A stretch of DNA of 64,000 nucleotides, taken from the IMG/VR virus record IMGVR_UViG_3300042505_001397; one strand, 5' to 3'. A model generated the notes under the pieces. It did no database searches and was not told the DNA's origin. It saw only the letters and a list, made by a program, of their open reading frames with translations. Positions 38,446-49,079 of the stretch are shown here, one piece after another. This stretch comes from an uncultured virus (IMG/VR IMGVR_UViG_3300042505_001397) (Duplodnaviria; Heunggongvirae; Uroviricota; Caudoviricetes). The position numbers and the translations under genes were made by a program. Position 1 is the first letter of the stretch. Each line of letters begins with the position of its first letter.

Positions 38446-40911
38446 TTAAGCTGGTGCGAGTGTTGTTACTGTTCCCGATGCGCCTCTATACTTTAAAGCA
38501 CCTGCTTCTATGTATATTTGGCCTACACCTGTTGGTGATGTTGTAGGCGCTGTACCATTGGGCATTGCAAGTACATTTACTGCTGATGTACCTGTGGTAG
38601 CCCCCATCAATTTCAAATTCCTGTCTCCATCTATTAATAAACACTCTCTTCTTCTGTCAGAAGTTTTGGCTCCTGAAGGAGTGTTTCCAAGTATAAATGT
38701 ACTACTTCCATCTGCTTCGTGATTACAAAATATATGACCTGTTGCTATGGCTGATTCATTTTGAAAATCCAAAAAGCTAGTACCCTTCCTTGTGGCATTG
38801 CCATAAATGTTTCTGATGGACATTCCAGAGTACTGTGTGGAACCATAATTTATAAGTAAATAATTATCTACTTGTAATTTACCAGCCAAGTAATTATCGG
38901 CAGTACCGTTCATGTAGAGGTTATATCGACCTGTGCCAGCAGCAATCGCGCCATAGAAACCGTAATCATTAATTGCACCTGTAAGGGTAGCATCAGCAAT
39001 AAACCCATACTGATTATTAACAGTAGAGCCAGCGCCTATCGTTCCCTGCGTAGCAAAGTAATGTCGCATATTATTTAGCGTGAAAGAAGCTGCCAATGTG
39101 GATGCATTGGTAGAAAAATAATTGCCACCACCGGTCACATCACTTTGAACGACGCCAATTTGAGTTATGCCGTAAGCTTGCGTAGCACCAGTCATCGCTT
39201 TACCAATAGCAACGGTAGTTGCGGTCAAAGAAGTAGTACCAACACCCAAATTACCTGCTAAATAGTTGTCAGCAGTGCCTGCCATGTAGAGGTTATATCG
39301 ACCTGTACCAGAAGCAATCACGCCATAGAAACCGTAATTGTTGACTGCACCAGTTAAACTATTATTTGCAATAAACCCATATTGAGCCGATGCTGTAGAG
39401 CCTGCACCAATAGTCAATTGATTCGCAGAGAAATGTTGTATTGAACCAAGAGTAAAGGCTGCAGCAGTTGTTCCAATTGCCGAAATATAACCTCTAGCCG
39501 AGTTTGTTACATCTGAAGATGCTGTTGTATATACATTTACTGCATTTTGGGTAGTGCCGCCCGTGAGAGTAGATCCAACACTAATCCCAGATGTGTCAGA
39601 AAATGGGAGTGTGCCAATCCCCAATTTACCCGCCAAATAGTTGGCAGCAGTACCATTCATATACAGATTATATCTACCTGTGCCAGAAGCAATCGCTCCA
39701 TAAAAACCGTAATTATTAGTTGCACTAGTCAATGCAGAACTTACATAAAAACCATTCTGGTATGTGACTGAGGTGCCAGTACCAAATACACCCTGTTCTG
39801 CAAGATAATGGGTCACATGCGACGTGGATAAGTTATTTACTGTCTGAGCAAAGGATTGGAAATATCGACCTTGCGCCGTAACATCTGATTGGATAATACC
39901 ATCACACAAGATACTGTGAGAAGTTGTCGATCCAGTAATATTTTTAGCTACACGTAAACTAACGTTTGATTGAGGTCCCGCGCCAATCCCCAGTGAACCT
40001 GCCATATAGTTATCAGCAGTACCCGCCATATATAAATTGTAACGACCCGTACCAGCCGCTAAATCACTGACGAATGCATAGTTATTTGTTGCCCCAGTAA
40101 AAGTTTGGTTAACAAAAAATCCACGTTGGGTAGTGACAGCAGAACCACTACCTATAGTACCTTGAATGATAGAATAATGATTAAGATTAGTTAAAGTAAA
40201 GGCAGCAGCTGCTGTGCTAGGGTTACTAATAAACTGATGTGCTGTCGTAGTGACATCACTTTGAAGTGTTTGTATGTTTCTAAACCCATAAGTGGTTGTA
40301 GCACCAGTTGCATTAATTGACAATTTAATCCCAGTATCACCACCAGGGACTGCCCCTATTCCGATAGTGCCATTGAATTGAAATCTTTGTAGACTGTCAA
40401 TTGTCAATGCTTCTGTGAGAGTGCTTGTTCCATCTTTTGTTGTGAAGAAAGACAACTTACCTGGCATATCACCAGCAGCGGGCGTGGTATCAACATAAGC
40501 TCGTATAGCAGCAGCCCCAACATAAGCTGTACCATCGTAGCCATAAAAATTTAGTAAACCTAACTCATCCCCTGCACTAACAATTGTTTTTGCTGAGTTT
40601 GAACCTCTGGATTTGAAAAATGTATGTCTAAAAGCAAAAGCATTGGCTGTATTCGACTCGCAAGCAATGTCTCTGCCCAAGCCAGTATCGACAACATACA
40701 CAGGGCCGCTGGCTGTATTGGTTCCTCCTATTAACAACTTACCCGCTAAATAATTATCAGCATTGCTAGATGTATATAGATTGTAGGAACCATTACTCAC
40801 CACTTTTGTTAAATCTGTATTCAAGTTGATGAAATTATTATCAACTTCTGCATTTGTGAGAGGGCTACCTTTGGCGGTAGCACCAGTTTCACGAGTGACA
40901 ATAGTTGCCAT
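38446..40911 (-). CDS. fibre protein with ~125-aa repeats
   Basis: N-terminal KGSPLTNAEVDNNF; five YNLY-x4-A-x-NY-x-AG repeats; C-terminal GALKYRG.SGT.TTLA. Confidence 0.75.
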   Translation of the reverse strand: MATIVTRETGATAKGSPLTNAEVDNNFINLNTDLTKVVSNGSYNLYTSSNADNYLAGKLLIGGTNTASGPVYVVDTGLGRDIACESNTANAFAFRHTFFKSRGSNSAKTIVSAGDELGLLNFYGYDGTAYVGAAAIRAYVDTTPAAGDMPGKLSFFTTKDGTSTLTEALTIDSLQRFQFNGTIGIGAVPGGDTGIKLSINATGATTTYGFRNIQTLQSDVTTTAHQFISNPSTAAAAFTLTNLNHYSIIQGTIGSGSAVTTQRGFFVNQTFTGATNNYAFVSDLAAGTGRYNLYMAGTADNYMAGSLGIGAGPQSNVSLRVAKNITGSTTSHSILCDGIIQSDVTAQGRYFQSFAQTVNNLSTSHVTHYLAEQGVFGTGTSVTYQNGFYVSSALTSATNNYGFYGAIASGTGRYNLYMNGTAANYLAGKLGIGTLPFSDTSGISVGSTLTGGTTQNAVNVYTTASSDVTNSARGYISAIGTTAAAFTLGSIQHFSANQLTIGAGSTASAQYGFIANNSLTGAVNNYGFYGVIASGTGRYNLYMAGTADNYLAGNLGVGTTSLTATTVAIGKAMTGATQAYGITQIGVVQSDVTGGGNYFSTNASTLAASFTLNNMRHYFATQGTIGAGSTVNNQYGFIADATLTGAINDYGFYGAIAAGTGRYNLYMNGTADNYLAGKLQVDNYLLINYGSTQYSGMSIRNIYGNATRKGTSFLDFQNESAIATGHIFCNHEADGSSTFILGNTPSGAKTSDRRRECLLIDGDRNLKLMGATTGTSAVNVLAMPNGTAPTTSPTGVGQIYIEAGALKYRGASGTVTTLAPA

Positions 40912-40926
40912 AGATAGCCTCTTGAA

Positions 40927-41379
40927 TTAAGATAGTGTTATTTTCCAGGTAATTGTCAAGGTATCTAGTGCACCCTTATTAATTACACCAAATACTGTTC
41001 TTGCAACCATTGTGCCAGCAGAAACGGCATTAAACAAGCCTGCTTCAGTTAAAGCACCTGTGCCTGAACCTGCACCGAAAGTGGCAACATATTGAATGGC
41101 ATCGTTTGCCACGTTTGTTGTCACAATTGTTGTTGAGCTCAATGTCACTCGCGTGCTTTCTGTGACCAAGGCTGTTTGACCTGAAGATGCCGCTGTTGTG
41201 CCTGTACCAACTGCCATGTGAGAGACCGCTGCTGCTGTGGCGTCTTTTGCTCTGCTAATTAAATAAGCAAGACCGCTGGCAACCACTAAGTTATGCTCTT
41301 CTTGTTGTTTTACATTACCAAACTCATCTGTCAATACAAAACTGACAATGCCGTTTGACTTAATTGAATCGTTAATCAT
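40927..41379 (-). CDS. virion structural protein (fibre-anchoring module)
   Basis: HNLVV..G, HMAVGTG, GALTEAGLFN, INKG..DTLTITW. Confidence 0.65.
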   Translation of the reverse strand: MINDSIKSNGIVSFVLTDEFGNVKQQEEHNLVVASGLAYLISRAKDATAAAVSHMAVGTGTTAASSGQTALVTESTRVTLSSTTIVTTNVANDAIQYVATFGAGSGTGALTEAGLFNAVSAGTMVARTVFGVINKGALDTLTITWKITLS

Positions 41380-41388
41380 TTAAAGTCC

Positions 41389-42339
41389 TTAAATTAAATA
41401 GTTTGTGCCAACATAGTCAGAGACTACATATATTTGTGAAAAATAATTTTGAATATTTAATTTCACACTTTCAGTCAGTGAAGATGTGTCCAGCATTTGT
41501 TTAGAGAGATTTACTTGTAATACGTCAGAGTGAATTGTAAGATCATTTAAAATTTTACCCCCTGAAAACGCCATCATTTCACTTCTTGTGACTGTGTCAT
41601 TCTGTACTTTATTCGGTTCTAATCTGATGCTGTCTGTTTTTGTGAATGAATCATTTAATCGAGTACTTAGATCAACCTTGAATACATCTGAAGATGAGCT
41701 AATGTCTACCAGAAATTTGCCGATTGATGCATATTGGTCATCATCTATATTTGCAGCTCCTAAGAAATCATCTGTCGGATTTACAACTTCGTAGATGTTC
41801 CTGTTAAAACCAGACACAAAAGAAATAACATCTTGAGTACTTAAATTTTCATATTTGAAACCGCCATAGGTTAATGAGACTGAATCTATGGTTGTGTTTG
41901 TTGCATCATTAAACGGTTTTGATAAACCCAAGGATACTGTGTCTTGCTTACTGAATGTGTCAGCCAGAATTTTACTGAAATCAAATTTTGGAAAATCATT
42001 GAGATACAAAGGCTCAGTGTTTGTTTTACCAATATTGAATAAAACCCTTTCCGTCAATACTTGAGTATCAATTAAAGTTTTCCCAAAGCTTTTATTGAAA
42101 ATGTCAGAAATAGAAAATGCGTCTTGATTATATTTGAATAATGCTTTTTGTGGTATTATTTCTTCACCAAAGCCAGTCAGTGAAACATCTAATCCTGTAT
42201 CAAAAGTATTTGTGCTTGTCTCTTTTAAACTGTATGTGGTGGAAATCTCTTTGGTTGATGCAGTAGCAGAAATTTCTACATCTTTCTTTGTTACATTCAA
42301 ACTTATATTAGTTGCAAAAATACCTTTATATGATGTCAT
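41389..42339 (-). CDS. virion structural protein with short degenerate repeats
   Basis: S/T/D-rich with repeated K-x2-x-D units. Confidence 0.55.
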   Translation of the reverse strand: MTSYKGIFATNISLNVTKKDVEISATASTKEISTTYSLKETSTNTFDTGLDVSLTGFGEEIIPQKALFKYNQDAFSISDIFNKSFGKTLIDTQVLTERVLFNIGKTNTEPLYLNDFPKFDFSKILADTFSKQDTVSLGLSKPFNDATNTTIDSVSLTYGGFKYENLSTQDVISFVSGFNRNIYEVVNPTDDFLGAANIDDDQYASIGKFLVDISSSSDVFKVDLSTRLNDSFTKTDSIRLEPNKVQNDTVTRSEMMAFSGGKILNDLTIHSDVLQVNLSKQMLDTSSLTESVKLNIQNYFSQIYVVSDYVGTNYLI

Positions 42340-42346
42340 AATTCAC

Positions 42347-42943
42347 CTATACATCTGGTACTAATTCAGTTGGACTGAATTGCACTTCAACCATTCCTCT
42401 CACTGGTTTCCAAGTTTTTGTGAACACACTGTTCGTAGGCTCTGTGACTCTGAGTTCAAAGAAGCCGTAAGTATTTGAACCAATGGCAGGTTGAACAGAC
42501 CAAGTGGCTCCAAGTGTTTTTGGAAATTGAATATAAACTTTATTGAGTGTTGTTTCAAACCACAAAGGGTCTAAATCAGGTGTGGTGGAGTTAACTCTTG
42601 CGGCTCCACTGAGTAATTTATAATACTTGATGCCGTACTTGACAACCTCTTCTTGGTTATAAGCCTGGACAGCTTGCCATGTTCCTCTGTTTGTCGGTAT
42701 TCTTACCACAAGCTTTGTTTGAATTCCACCTGGCTTTATTGTGGTGGGCCTGTCTCCAGATAAAGCTATATTTAAAGCTTCCACAACAACGGCTTCATAT
42801 TGATAACCAAAAGTTGTCGCATCTTCAACGAAGTTGAGCAGCACAGGGAATTCTAGCTGTTCTCCTTGCACAAATGACCATAAGACACCACCTGAATCTG
42901 AAGTCAAATCATTTGAAGTGCTTGTCAATTGAGATCTAGCCAT
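42347..42943 (-). CDS. virion structural protein
   Basis: contains W...AY....VV.Y...YY carbohydrate-binding-like insert; TWKPVRG. Confidence 0.55.
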   Translation of the reverse strand: MARSQLTSTSNDLTSDSGGVLWSFVQGEQLEFPVLLNFVEDATTFGYQYEAVVVEALNIALSGDRPTTIKPGGIQTKLVVRIPTNRGTWQAVQAYNQEEVVKYGIKYYKLLSGAARVNSTTPDLDPLWFETTLNKVYIQFPKTLGATWSVQPAIGSNTYGFFELRVTEPTNSVFTKTWKPVRGMVEVQFSPTELVPDV

Positions 42944-43298
42944 TGAAGCCCTCCTTATCAACCTTACGATCAAGTTTGCTTTCTATGGAATCAAGCTTTT
43001 TAAAAATGGCCTCTCCAAGCTTCCCTACATCTTCTTTTTTTGCATATTTGTCAACTATTAAAAGCTCAAGATTTTCCAATTTTTCAAGTTTACTTAAAAT
43101 ACTTTTAAGTACGCTTTCCATTTCAGTTTTCTTTACGTAATCGCTTGTCATGGTAATCTCCATACTGCTTATTTTGGCGGTTGTTTCTTTATCCGCCTTT
43201 TGAAGATCTTTGAGACTAGACCATACTTCTTTAAGTAGCCAACCTCCAAAAAATGATACTATACCAAGAAGAATATTTATATATTCTTGTGTGGACAT
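42936..43298 (-). CDS. membrane-anchored coiled-coil protein
   Basis: N-terminal TM segment; duplicated Y(V/A)KK-x-E...KL(E/D) units. Confidence 0.6.
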   Translation of the reverse strand: MSTQEYINILLGIVSFFGGWLLKEVWSSLKDLQKADKETTAKISSMEITMTSDYVKKTEMESVLKSILSKLEKLENLELLIVDKYAKKEDVGKLGEAIFKKLDSIESKLDRKVDKEGFNG

Positions 43299-43310
43299 AA
43301 TATTCCCCCA

Positions 43311-44657
43311 TTAAAAATTGAAACCACGGGAAGTTCTTTTACTCCCCGAATTTATTGGGAATAAGTATTCAACACCATATCTTATTCCATCTGAAAAGTG
43401 TTCGATGCCTTCTGATTTATCAATCGTGGCAGTATCTGGGTTCTTATCTACCCATTTTGTACGTTCTAATGATTGTATCGTACCAACACATCGAGGGTGA
43501 ATGTATATGTCGATATCTCCTGCTGCTGTCATTAGCTTTTTATTAACTGCAGCAACACTGTCCACTATCGGTGGAGCTTTAGGATGAGCCAAGCACTTGA
43601 TACCATATGATTCAAGGATGCTGAAATCTGTCCTACCCACAGCGGCAGATGTTTTTCTGGCTTTACCTGAAGGGTCAGGGTAAGCAAATATTCTATGTCC
43701 TTTATATTTGGTGCTTAAAGCTATTGCCAAAGTTTCTGTGTCTGGATGACCTTTCATTTCATCCAAGAAATGCATTTGTTTGCCTCTTAAAGCAAATATT
43801 GATGTTGCTTGTATACCAACGTTAAAGTCTATACACACATGTACATCTTCCCCCTTTTCATGTCCTTGTGGTGGCAAGAATTCTTCGAGGTCAGTCGTGA
43901 TGTGTTTTCTTCTGTTAAAGCAGTAAAACACATTGTTACCTGAATCTGCAAATGAAGCTAAATACTCAGAAGCAAATTCAATTGGATCGATTGTGTGCTT
44001 TATGCGTTCAATCTCAACCACATCCAAATAAGGTGATTGTGTATAGTCATAGTGATACGACTTCCAATTCTTATCTGTGGACTCGTATGTGTGCATCTCG
44101 TGAAAGAAATTGTAGCCCTTTGGCGTACTGATGATCAGTGCCCGTCCCGGTGCAGGAGCACCATAGGATAAGGCCCGTTCATTGGACCAACGTGTGATAA
44201 TACACGGCTGAATAACACCTTGCCAGGCTTCTTTTGGGGATATTCCCTTTTTACAAGAAGAAACCTCGTCCCACACAACAAAATACGCGCCCTTGCCTCG
44301 CATTCGTTCAACTGCTTCATAAGACAATAACCTCAATTCAACGTTGTTGGGAAACACAAATCTGCCCAAATCACGAGAAGATTTAATTGCCCAATGTTCA
44401 AGCCCCAAATCATAATTGAGTAACGGATAATAGATATCAGTCACCTGATCATAAGTTGGGGCTATAATATAAACGGTTTTGTTTGGTATATTTGCTCTCA
44501 ATTGCAACAGTTCCGCAATGGCAGTCACGGCCACGGTTGCAGCTAAATAAGACTTACCAAAACCTCGAGAGCAACACATCACGGCAAATCTACACACTTG
44601 GCTATAAAACAAATCTTCATATACTTCTGATTGTCCAGCGTGTAAATTAATGGCCAT
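43311..44657 (-). CDS. terL: terminase large subunit
   Basis: Walker A SRGFGKS, RG...VVWDE Walker B, ISTPKG, nuclease IDFN, YPDPSG, H.SDGIRY. Confidence 0.92.
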   Translation of the reverse strand: MAINLHAGQSEVYEDLFYSQVCRFAVMCCSRGFGKSYLAATVAVTAIAELLQLRANIPNKTVYIIAPTYDQVTDIYYPLLNYDLGLEHWAIKSSRDLGRFVFPNNVELRLLSYEAVERMRGKGAYFVVWDEVSSCKKGISPKEAWQGVIQPCIITRWSNERALSYGAPAPGRALIISTPKGYNFFHEMHTYESTDKNWKSYHYDYTQSPYLDVVEIERIKHTIDPIEFASEYLASFADSGNNVFYCFNRRKHITTDLEEFLPPQGHEKGEDVHVCIDFNVGIQATSIFALRGKQMHFLDEMKGHPDTETLAIALSTKYKGHRIFAYPDPSGKARKTSAAVGRTDFSILESYGIKCLAHPKAPPIVDSVAAVNKKLMTAAGDIDIYIHPRCVGTIQSLERTKWVDKNPDTATIDKSEGIEHFSDGIRYGVEYLFPINSGSKRTSRGFNF

Positions 44658-44816
44658 CGAAATGATCCTCCACAAATTCACACGAAAACATTCTTTTATA
44701 TTCTCGTGGATCTCTAATAAGTGTCTTTGGAGGTTCCACTTTTGGAGGCCAAACAGTGTCTTCACTGTGTTCTTCCGACAACTCCTTTAATTCATGAAAC
44801 ATAGATTCTCTTCTTG

Positions 44817-45011
44817 TCATTCGATTGTTCCTATGTGATTTGGGTATTCAAAGAATTTGCTCTTTACACCATCATTATAAATTATGTGTAAGACCACACC
44901 TTGTGGCGTGTCATAATACACATACACATCATTTACAGATTTTTCTTTTCTGATTGTGGTCAAAAGATTTTCCACGAAAATTTTCTTAGAATCATGCATC
45001 AAAGTCTCCAT
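44817..45011 (-). CDS. hypothetical protein
   Basis: short ORF in the packed minus-strand run. Confidence 0.45.
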   Translation of the reverse strand: METLMHDSKKIFVENLLTTIRKEKSVNDVYVYYDTPQGVVLHIIYNDGVKSKFFEYPNHIGTIE

Positions 45012-45243
45012 TAAGCATTCTGTGTAAAAATGTGGTTATGTGATAACAAATTTGAGCTTTCTCAGCTGATGTGGACCAATACATATCCTTGCCATCTTTT
45101 GTCTTGGCAACAATCACAATGGATTTAACATTATCTTGTTGTTCCATCACAGCTTCAAGTATCTTTTTTGTTTCCACCAAACCTGAAGGTAAATGTCTAA
45201 TGTTTGAAGTCGTCATCATTGCCACCAAAATAGAAATACGCAC
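44992..45243 (-). CDS. hypothetical protein
   Basis: short ORF; true start probably the internal MMTT. Confidence 0.5.
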   Translation of the reverse strand: MRISILVAMMTTSNIRHLPSGLVETKKILEAVMEQQDNVKSIVIVAKTKDGKDMYWSTSAEKAQICYHITTFLHRMLNGDFDA

Positions 45244-45293
45244 CTAAGTAAAAACTTAGTGCAAATATAATATAAGACACAAATAACATATCA

Positions 45294-45743
45294 TCAATCT
45301 TCATAAAAATCACCTTCAATTACATCAAATGCATCATCATCTGGCTGCACCTCATTTACACAATATTGTTCACCTTTCTTTGTCAAATTGACAATCAAAG
45401 GCATAGGTGCTTTTTCAGATTGATCAATATTTTCTGGAACTCTGCCATATCCATATCTCAATAAAGCTTCACCTATTTTTATTCTCTTATCATAAAGAGC
45501 CATATGAGCTTCTGCCACATATGATCTTGCTTTTCCTGTGGAGGTTAAGGGCACAATCGTACCATCACGCCATCCTTCATAGTACACCAATTCTTCTTCC
45601 AATTTACGATATGTGGCAACAAGTTCACCAATAGGGTCAAACCCAAGTGTCTCCAGTCGTTTAACACTTCTTTTTCCACCCATCATGTAATTTGGCTTAC
45701 CCAGTTTACCACTCTTTGGTTGAGTGATTTGTTTATCAACCAT
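45294..45743 (-). CDS. putative terminase small subunit
   Basis: first gene of the block containing terL; FDPI..LV, LLRYGY..VPE. Confidence 0.55.
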   Translation of the reverse strand: MVDKQITQPKSGKLGKPNYMMGGKRSVKRLETLGFDPIGELVATYRKLEEELVYYEGWRDGTIVPLTSTGKARSYVAEAHMALYDKRIKIGEALLRYGYGRVPENIDQSEKAPMPLIVNLTKKGEQYCVNEVQPDDDAFDVIEGDFYED

Positions 45744-46042
45744 ACTAAAGTACCTTTAATTTCATCAACTTAACAAAAAGCACATCCCTCAGTACACCAT
45801 CATTACAAAGTGTCCTTCAAGGTTTAATTCGAAAACACTAACGATTGTAATTCAATCTCACTTTTGTCTGTTTTAAATGATTAATATCACTTATCATTAT
45901 CAATTAACAAACTTACTCAAATGAGATAAAAGAATCTGATGTACTAAAAGATATGCTCTAACTAATCTGTAACCCTGGCAAAGCCTAGGTATACCCTTAT
46001 TATTCAATCCATTCTCGGTGTTCCATTTCGGAGAAACACTTT

Positions 46043-46058
46043 GGGTTAATTTAACGGG
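46043..46058 (-). promoter_or_regulatory. 16-bp repeated motif, candidate phage RNAP promoter (copy 3)
   Basis: CCCGTTAAATTAACCC just downstream of a strong terminator and upstream of the packaging block. Confidence 0.7.
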
Positions 46059-46085
46059 TTTGTCATAACCTGAGTTGCCTCTCAG

Positions 46086-46145
46086 AAAAAAAAAAAAAAA
46101 ACTCTTCCCTCATGACCACCATAAAGGCAGCCACGAGGGAAGAGT
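46086..46145 (-). terminator. strong intrinsic terminator
   Basis: ACTCTTCCCTC/GAGGGAAGAGT 11-bp stem followed by about 15 T. Confidence 0.8.
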
Positions 46146-46152
46146 CAAAAGG

Positions 46153-46542
46153 TTATGGAATGATCAACTCGTCTTTATCAAGATCGATCGAAAATGTGGT
46201 AGAAGCTGTCCAAGAACTTCTCTGGCCAGTATAAAGCATCGGTACACCTTTGTCAGTGAGACCTGCAAAATGACAATTGTGAGATTCACCTGTCTTTTTA
46301 ATTCTCACTATCACTCTGTCATCCACTTTCAGATTGCTCCAAGGATTGAATTCAATTAAGTCATAACTAGTCTCTGAACAGTCATTAATAAAATCCCCTT
46401 TCAATGTCCAACGCTCTACATTCCATATACCGTCACGCCTAACTGCACCATGCACAGGATAACTGCCACCTCCATCCACACAATAGAGTCTCACAAGTTT
46501 CCCATCACGTGTTGTGTATGTTTTGTTCAAATCAATTATCAT
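46153..46542 (-). CDS. repeat-domain family protein
   Basis: KTYTTRDG...YDLIE domain plus WS..VD...HFAG...SSWT domain. Confidence 0.7.
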   Translation of the reverse strand: MIIDLNKTYTTRDGKLVRLYCVDGGGSYPVHGAVRRDGIWNVERWTLKGDFINDCSETSYDLIEFNPWSNLKVDDRVIVRIKKTGESHNCHFAGLTDKGVPMLYTGQRSSWTASTTFSIDLDKDELIIP

Positions 46543-46832
46543 TCTATAACTCCTTTAATTTCAACTCTGTTCAGTAACATAAATTCCTCTGGTCTGTCGG
46601 AAGCACACTCACGAAAATCTTCGTCGGAGATTTTGTCTGAGTTCTTCACTTCCAGCGGTTCATGAAACCTATTACCATTATTCAAGCTCACCAGCACAAT
46701 TGATTGATTATAAACTCTTGAAAGAATGTAAAGCTCTCTCTCGTTCCAATCATTTGTGTGCTGATAAATGTTACCAAATTTATGAACACTTTCTTTTTTC
46801 TTTTGTTCCACATTCACGATAACTTCAGTCAT
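46539..46832 (-). CDS. hypothetical protein
   Basis: start reassigned to MTEVIV with GGAG RBS. Confidence 0.6.
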   Translation of the reverse strand: MTEVIVNVEQKKKESVHKFGNIYQHTNDWNERELYILSRVYNQSIVLVSLNNGNRFHEPLEVKNSDKISDEDFRECASDRPEEFMLLNRVEIKGVIE

Positions 46833-47436
46833 TGATGATCTCCACATCCCACATTGAAAATTTGATCTCGGTTGTGCCACATTCTTGTGACCAACTCGTG
46901 GCTCCGTTGCTGAATATCCTGATGGCATTTTCTCTACCGACACCTGCAAAATATCTGAGATATGTAACACCGTTATTAGAAAGTTTCAGTTTGGTGTCCA
47001 CAGGGACTTTGCTCCAATCGGTCTCTTCAATCTCAACAAGATCAAACGAGGTCGGGTCACTCTCATCGTAATAAGAACCAGTGATGGTCCAACATATTGA
47101 AATCCAGTTACCTGTGGCGCGCTCCTTAATCGCACCCATGACGCAATGAGTTTGATCTGAAACTATTTCATAAAGTTTTGCTTCATCACCACCTTTCGTT
47201 TTATACTTCTTTCCAATTTCAATTTGCATCGCTGTGTCTTCCACTAAATCATAAGAGGAGTTAGTATCATTGTCAAAATATTTACCTTCTATTGTACAAC
47301 AACATTCCATCCACATTCCATAACTTGATAAATATTCAAATTTACCTGGATACTTTGTGTTTGGATTGTTAAGAGATAATAAATTTACTTTATGACCAGC
47401 TTTTGTTTTATATTTTTTACTCATGTCAAGAATCAT
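46825..47436 (-). CDS. repeat-domain family protein
   Basis: two KKYKTK.G...DLVE domains plus DWSKVPVDT...YFAG...GATSWS. Confidence 0.7.
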   Translation of the reverse strand: MILDMSKKYKTKAGHKVNLLSLNNPNTKYPGKFEYLSSYGMWMECCCTIEGKYFDNDTNSSYDLVEDTAMQIEIGKKYKTKGGDEAKLYEIVSDQTHCVMGAIKERATGNWISICWTITGSYYDESDPTSFDLVEIEETDWSKVPVDTKLKLSNNGVTYLRYFAGVGRENAIRIFSNGATSWSQECGTTEIKFSMWDVEIIND

Positions 47437-47867
47437 TTCTTTTCCTCTTTAGGCTCTTCCAAATATTTGTCAAGTTCTTTGTTCACGATCTGAATGACTT
47501 TGCCCGATATATTGCCTGACTCATCATAGATCCTATGAGCCAGCTCGGTGTCAGACAAACTTTGCACTATGTAAGCACCTGCCATCATGTATCCAGTTTT
47601 CTTTGAAGGTACGAGAAATACCATAAATATCATGGCCAACAAAATTAATAAACTACCAAAAATCTTTTTCTTACACCATTCAATTTTGGCTTTGTGTCTG
47701 TTAATCACTTCTTCTTTGTTGTAGGAGTCTGTGGCTTCCACAGCATTGTATATCCAATATCCACACAAGAATATTATCCAGAGTATCACGATAGATGATA
47801 TGTCATGCATCATGTCATGGAATCTTTCCAATGAATCTAACAGATAAATCAATAAAGCTAAGCTCAT
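47433..47867 (-). CDS. membrane protein
   Basis: multiple TM segments; PSKKT motif. Confidence 0.7.
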   Translation of the reverse strand: MSLALLIYLLDSLERFHDMMHDISSIVILWIIFLCGYWIYNAVEATDSYNKEEVINRHKAKIEWCKKKIFGSLLILLAMIFMVFLVPSKKTGYMMAGAYIVQSLSDTELAHRIYDESGNISGKVIQIVNKELDKYLEEPKEEKK

Positions 47868-49078
47868 TATTCACACTCCCAAATATATTTTGTCATATCG
47901 TCTAAAGAGACTGGCTCTGCAAACAACCACTCTCTGCCTGCTGTGTCTTTATAAATTGTGCCATCAAAACTCACCACAAAAGCCACATCGGTGTTACCAA
48001 ATGAATCATCCACATTACAAAGCACGCGCTTCTTGGTCTTGAACTCATGCCATTGAGGTGGTTCTTTGTATTTTTCATAAGCACTTACGTCAGAAAAACT
48101 GTTGGTCGTACCTTGCGGACCATACCCACTATCACCTTTAATTTCGCCCCCATCAAATGAATAAATTATTTTAGTATTTTTAGAAATGACTTTAAAGCCC
48201 TCCACCAGCCATTTCCATATCTCCCATTGAAAATCGAAGTCTCTTGCCATCTCATCCACATTGACCTCTTCCAGTGGTTCCGGAGCCAATCCGACGATGT
48301 CAGCCGTTGTCTCTTCATCATCAAAGACAAACCCTCCAAAAGCATGTGAATAATAATATCCATTATCGCCCTCAAGGTCTGTTTTCGAGCCACAATCATG
48401 TAACACCACAGTATCGCCAGATCTCATTAAATATTTCACGCCAACTTTCAATTTCACAACATCATACTCTGAAGGTTCAGGAGCCAATCCAACAATATCT
48501 CCTTCACTTTCTTCGTCATAAAACACAGAACCTCCGTAACCAAGAGTATAGATATAATCATTACTACCCATAAAAGAAAACCCGTTATCATTATGATCAA
48601 TTAAGGTTATTACTGAGCCACCTCTTGTTAAATATTTAACACCTACTTCCAGCTTTATACCAGAGTATTTTTCTCCAATATATTCTTCAATTAAGTCATG
48701 CTCCTCCTCTGAACTTGTGACCATCCATCTACCCTCTTCTGTCCAAGACCTGGTTATGCCTTCGGCTGTGCCTATAAATTTGTAAAGAGTTTCGGTCTCA
48801 TTGTCAAAAACCAATGGAGTTGTGACAAAACCACTTCTGGTTTTATAACGTTTGCCAGCTTTCAATTTAAAAGAGGCTTCACTCACGATGTTCCATTCGT
48901 GATCTCGTTGATCAGACCAATAATATCCGTTTGGAGTGTATGCAGATTCTTGATAATCCCCTGTGGCATCCCTGATTGTGCAATTGAATGCATAATGGTC
49001 TGTATTCTCTAAGAGAGAATCTACAGTCACAATGGCTCCATTAAGGGTGATATATTTTTTACCGATTTTTAATAACAT
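47867..49078 (-). CDS. repeat-domain family protein (4 copies)
   Basis: four L-x2-G-x-[KR]Y-x-[TM]-x2-G...[DN][IL][VI] units; start reassigned to MLLKIG. Confidence 0.7.
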   Translation of the reverse strand: MLLKIGKKYITLNGAIVTVDSLLENTDHYAFNCTIRDATGDYQESAYTPNGYYWSDQRDHEWNIVSEASFKLKAGKRYKTRSGFVTTPLVFDNETETLYKFIGTAEGITRSWTEEGRWMVTSSEEEHDLIEEYIGEKYSGIKLEVGVKYLTRGGSVITLIDHNDNGFSFMGSNDYIYTLGYGGSVFYDEESEGDIVGLAPEPSEYDVVKLKVGVKYLMRSGDTVVLHDCGSKTDLEGDNGYYYSHAFGGFVFDDEETTADIVGLAPEPLEEVNVDEMARDFDFQWEIWKWLVEGFKVISKNTKIIYSFDGGEIKGDSGYGPQGTTNSFSDVSAYEKYKEPPQWHEFKTKKRVLCNVDDSFGNTDVAFVVSFDGTIYKDTAGREWLFAEPVSLDDMTKYIWECE

Positions 49079-49079
49079 T

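Noticed and set aside
38446..40911. Diversity-generating retroelement acting on the fibre repeats
   Set aside because: No reverse transcriptase in the window; the repeats are in-frame protein repeats without an evident adenine-specific pattern
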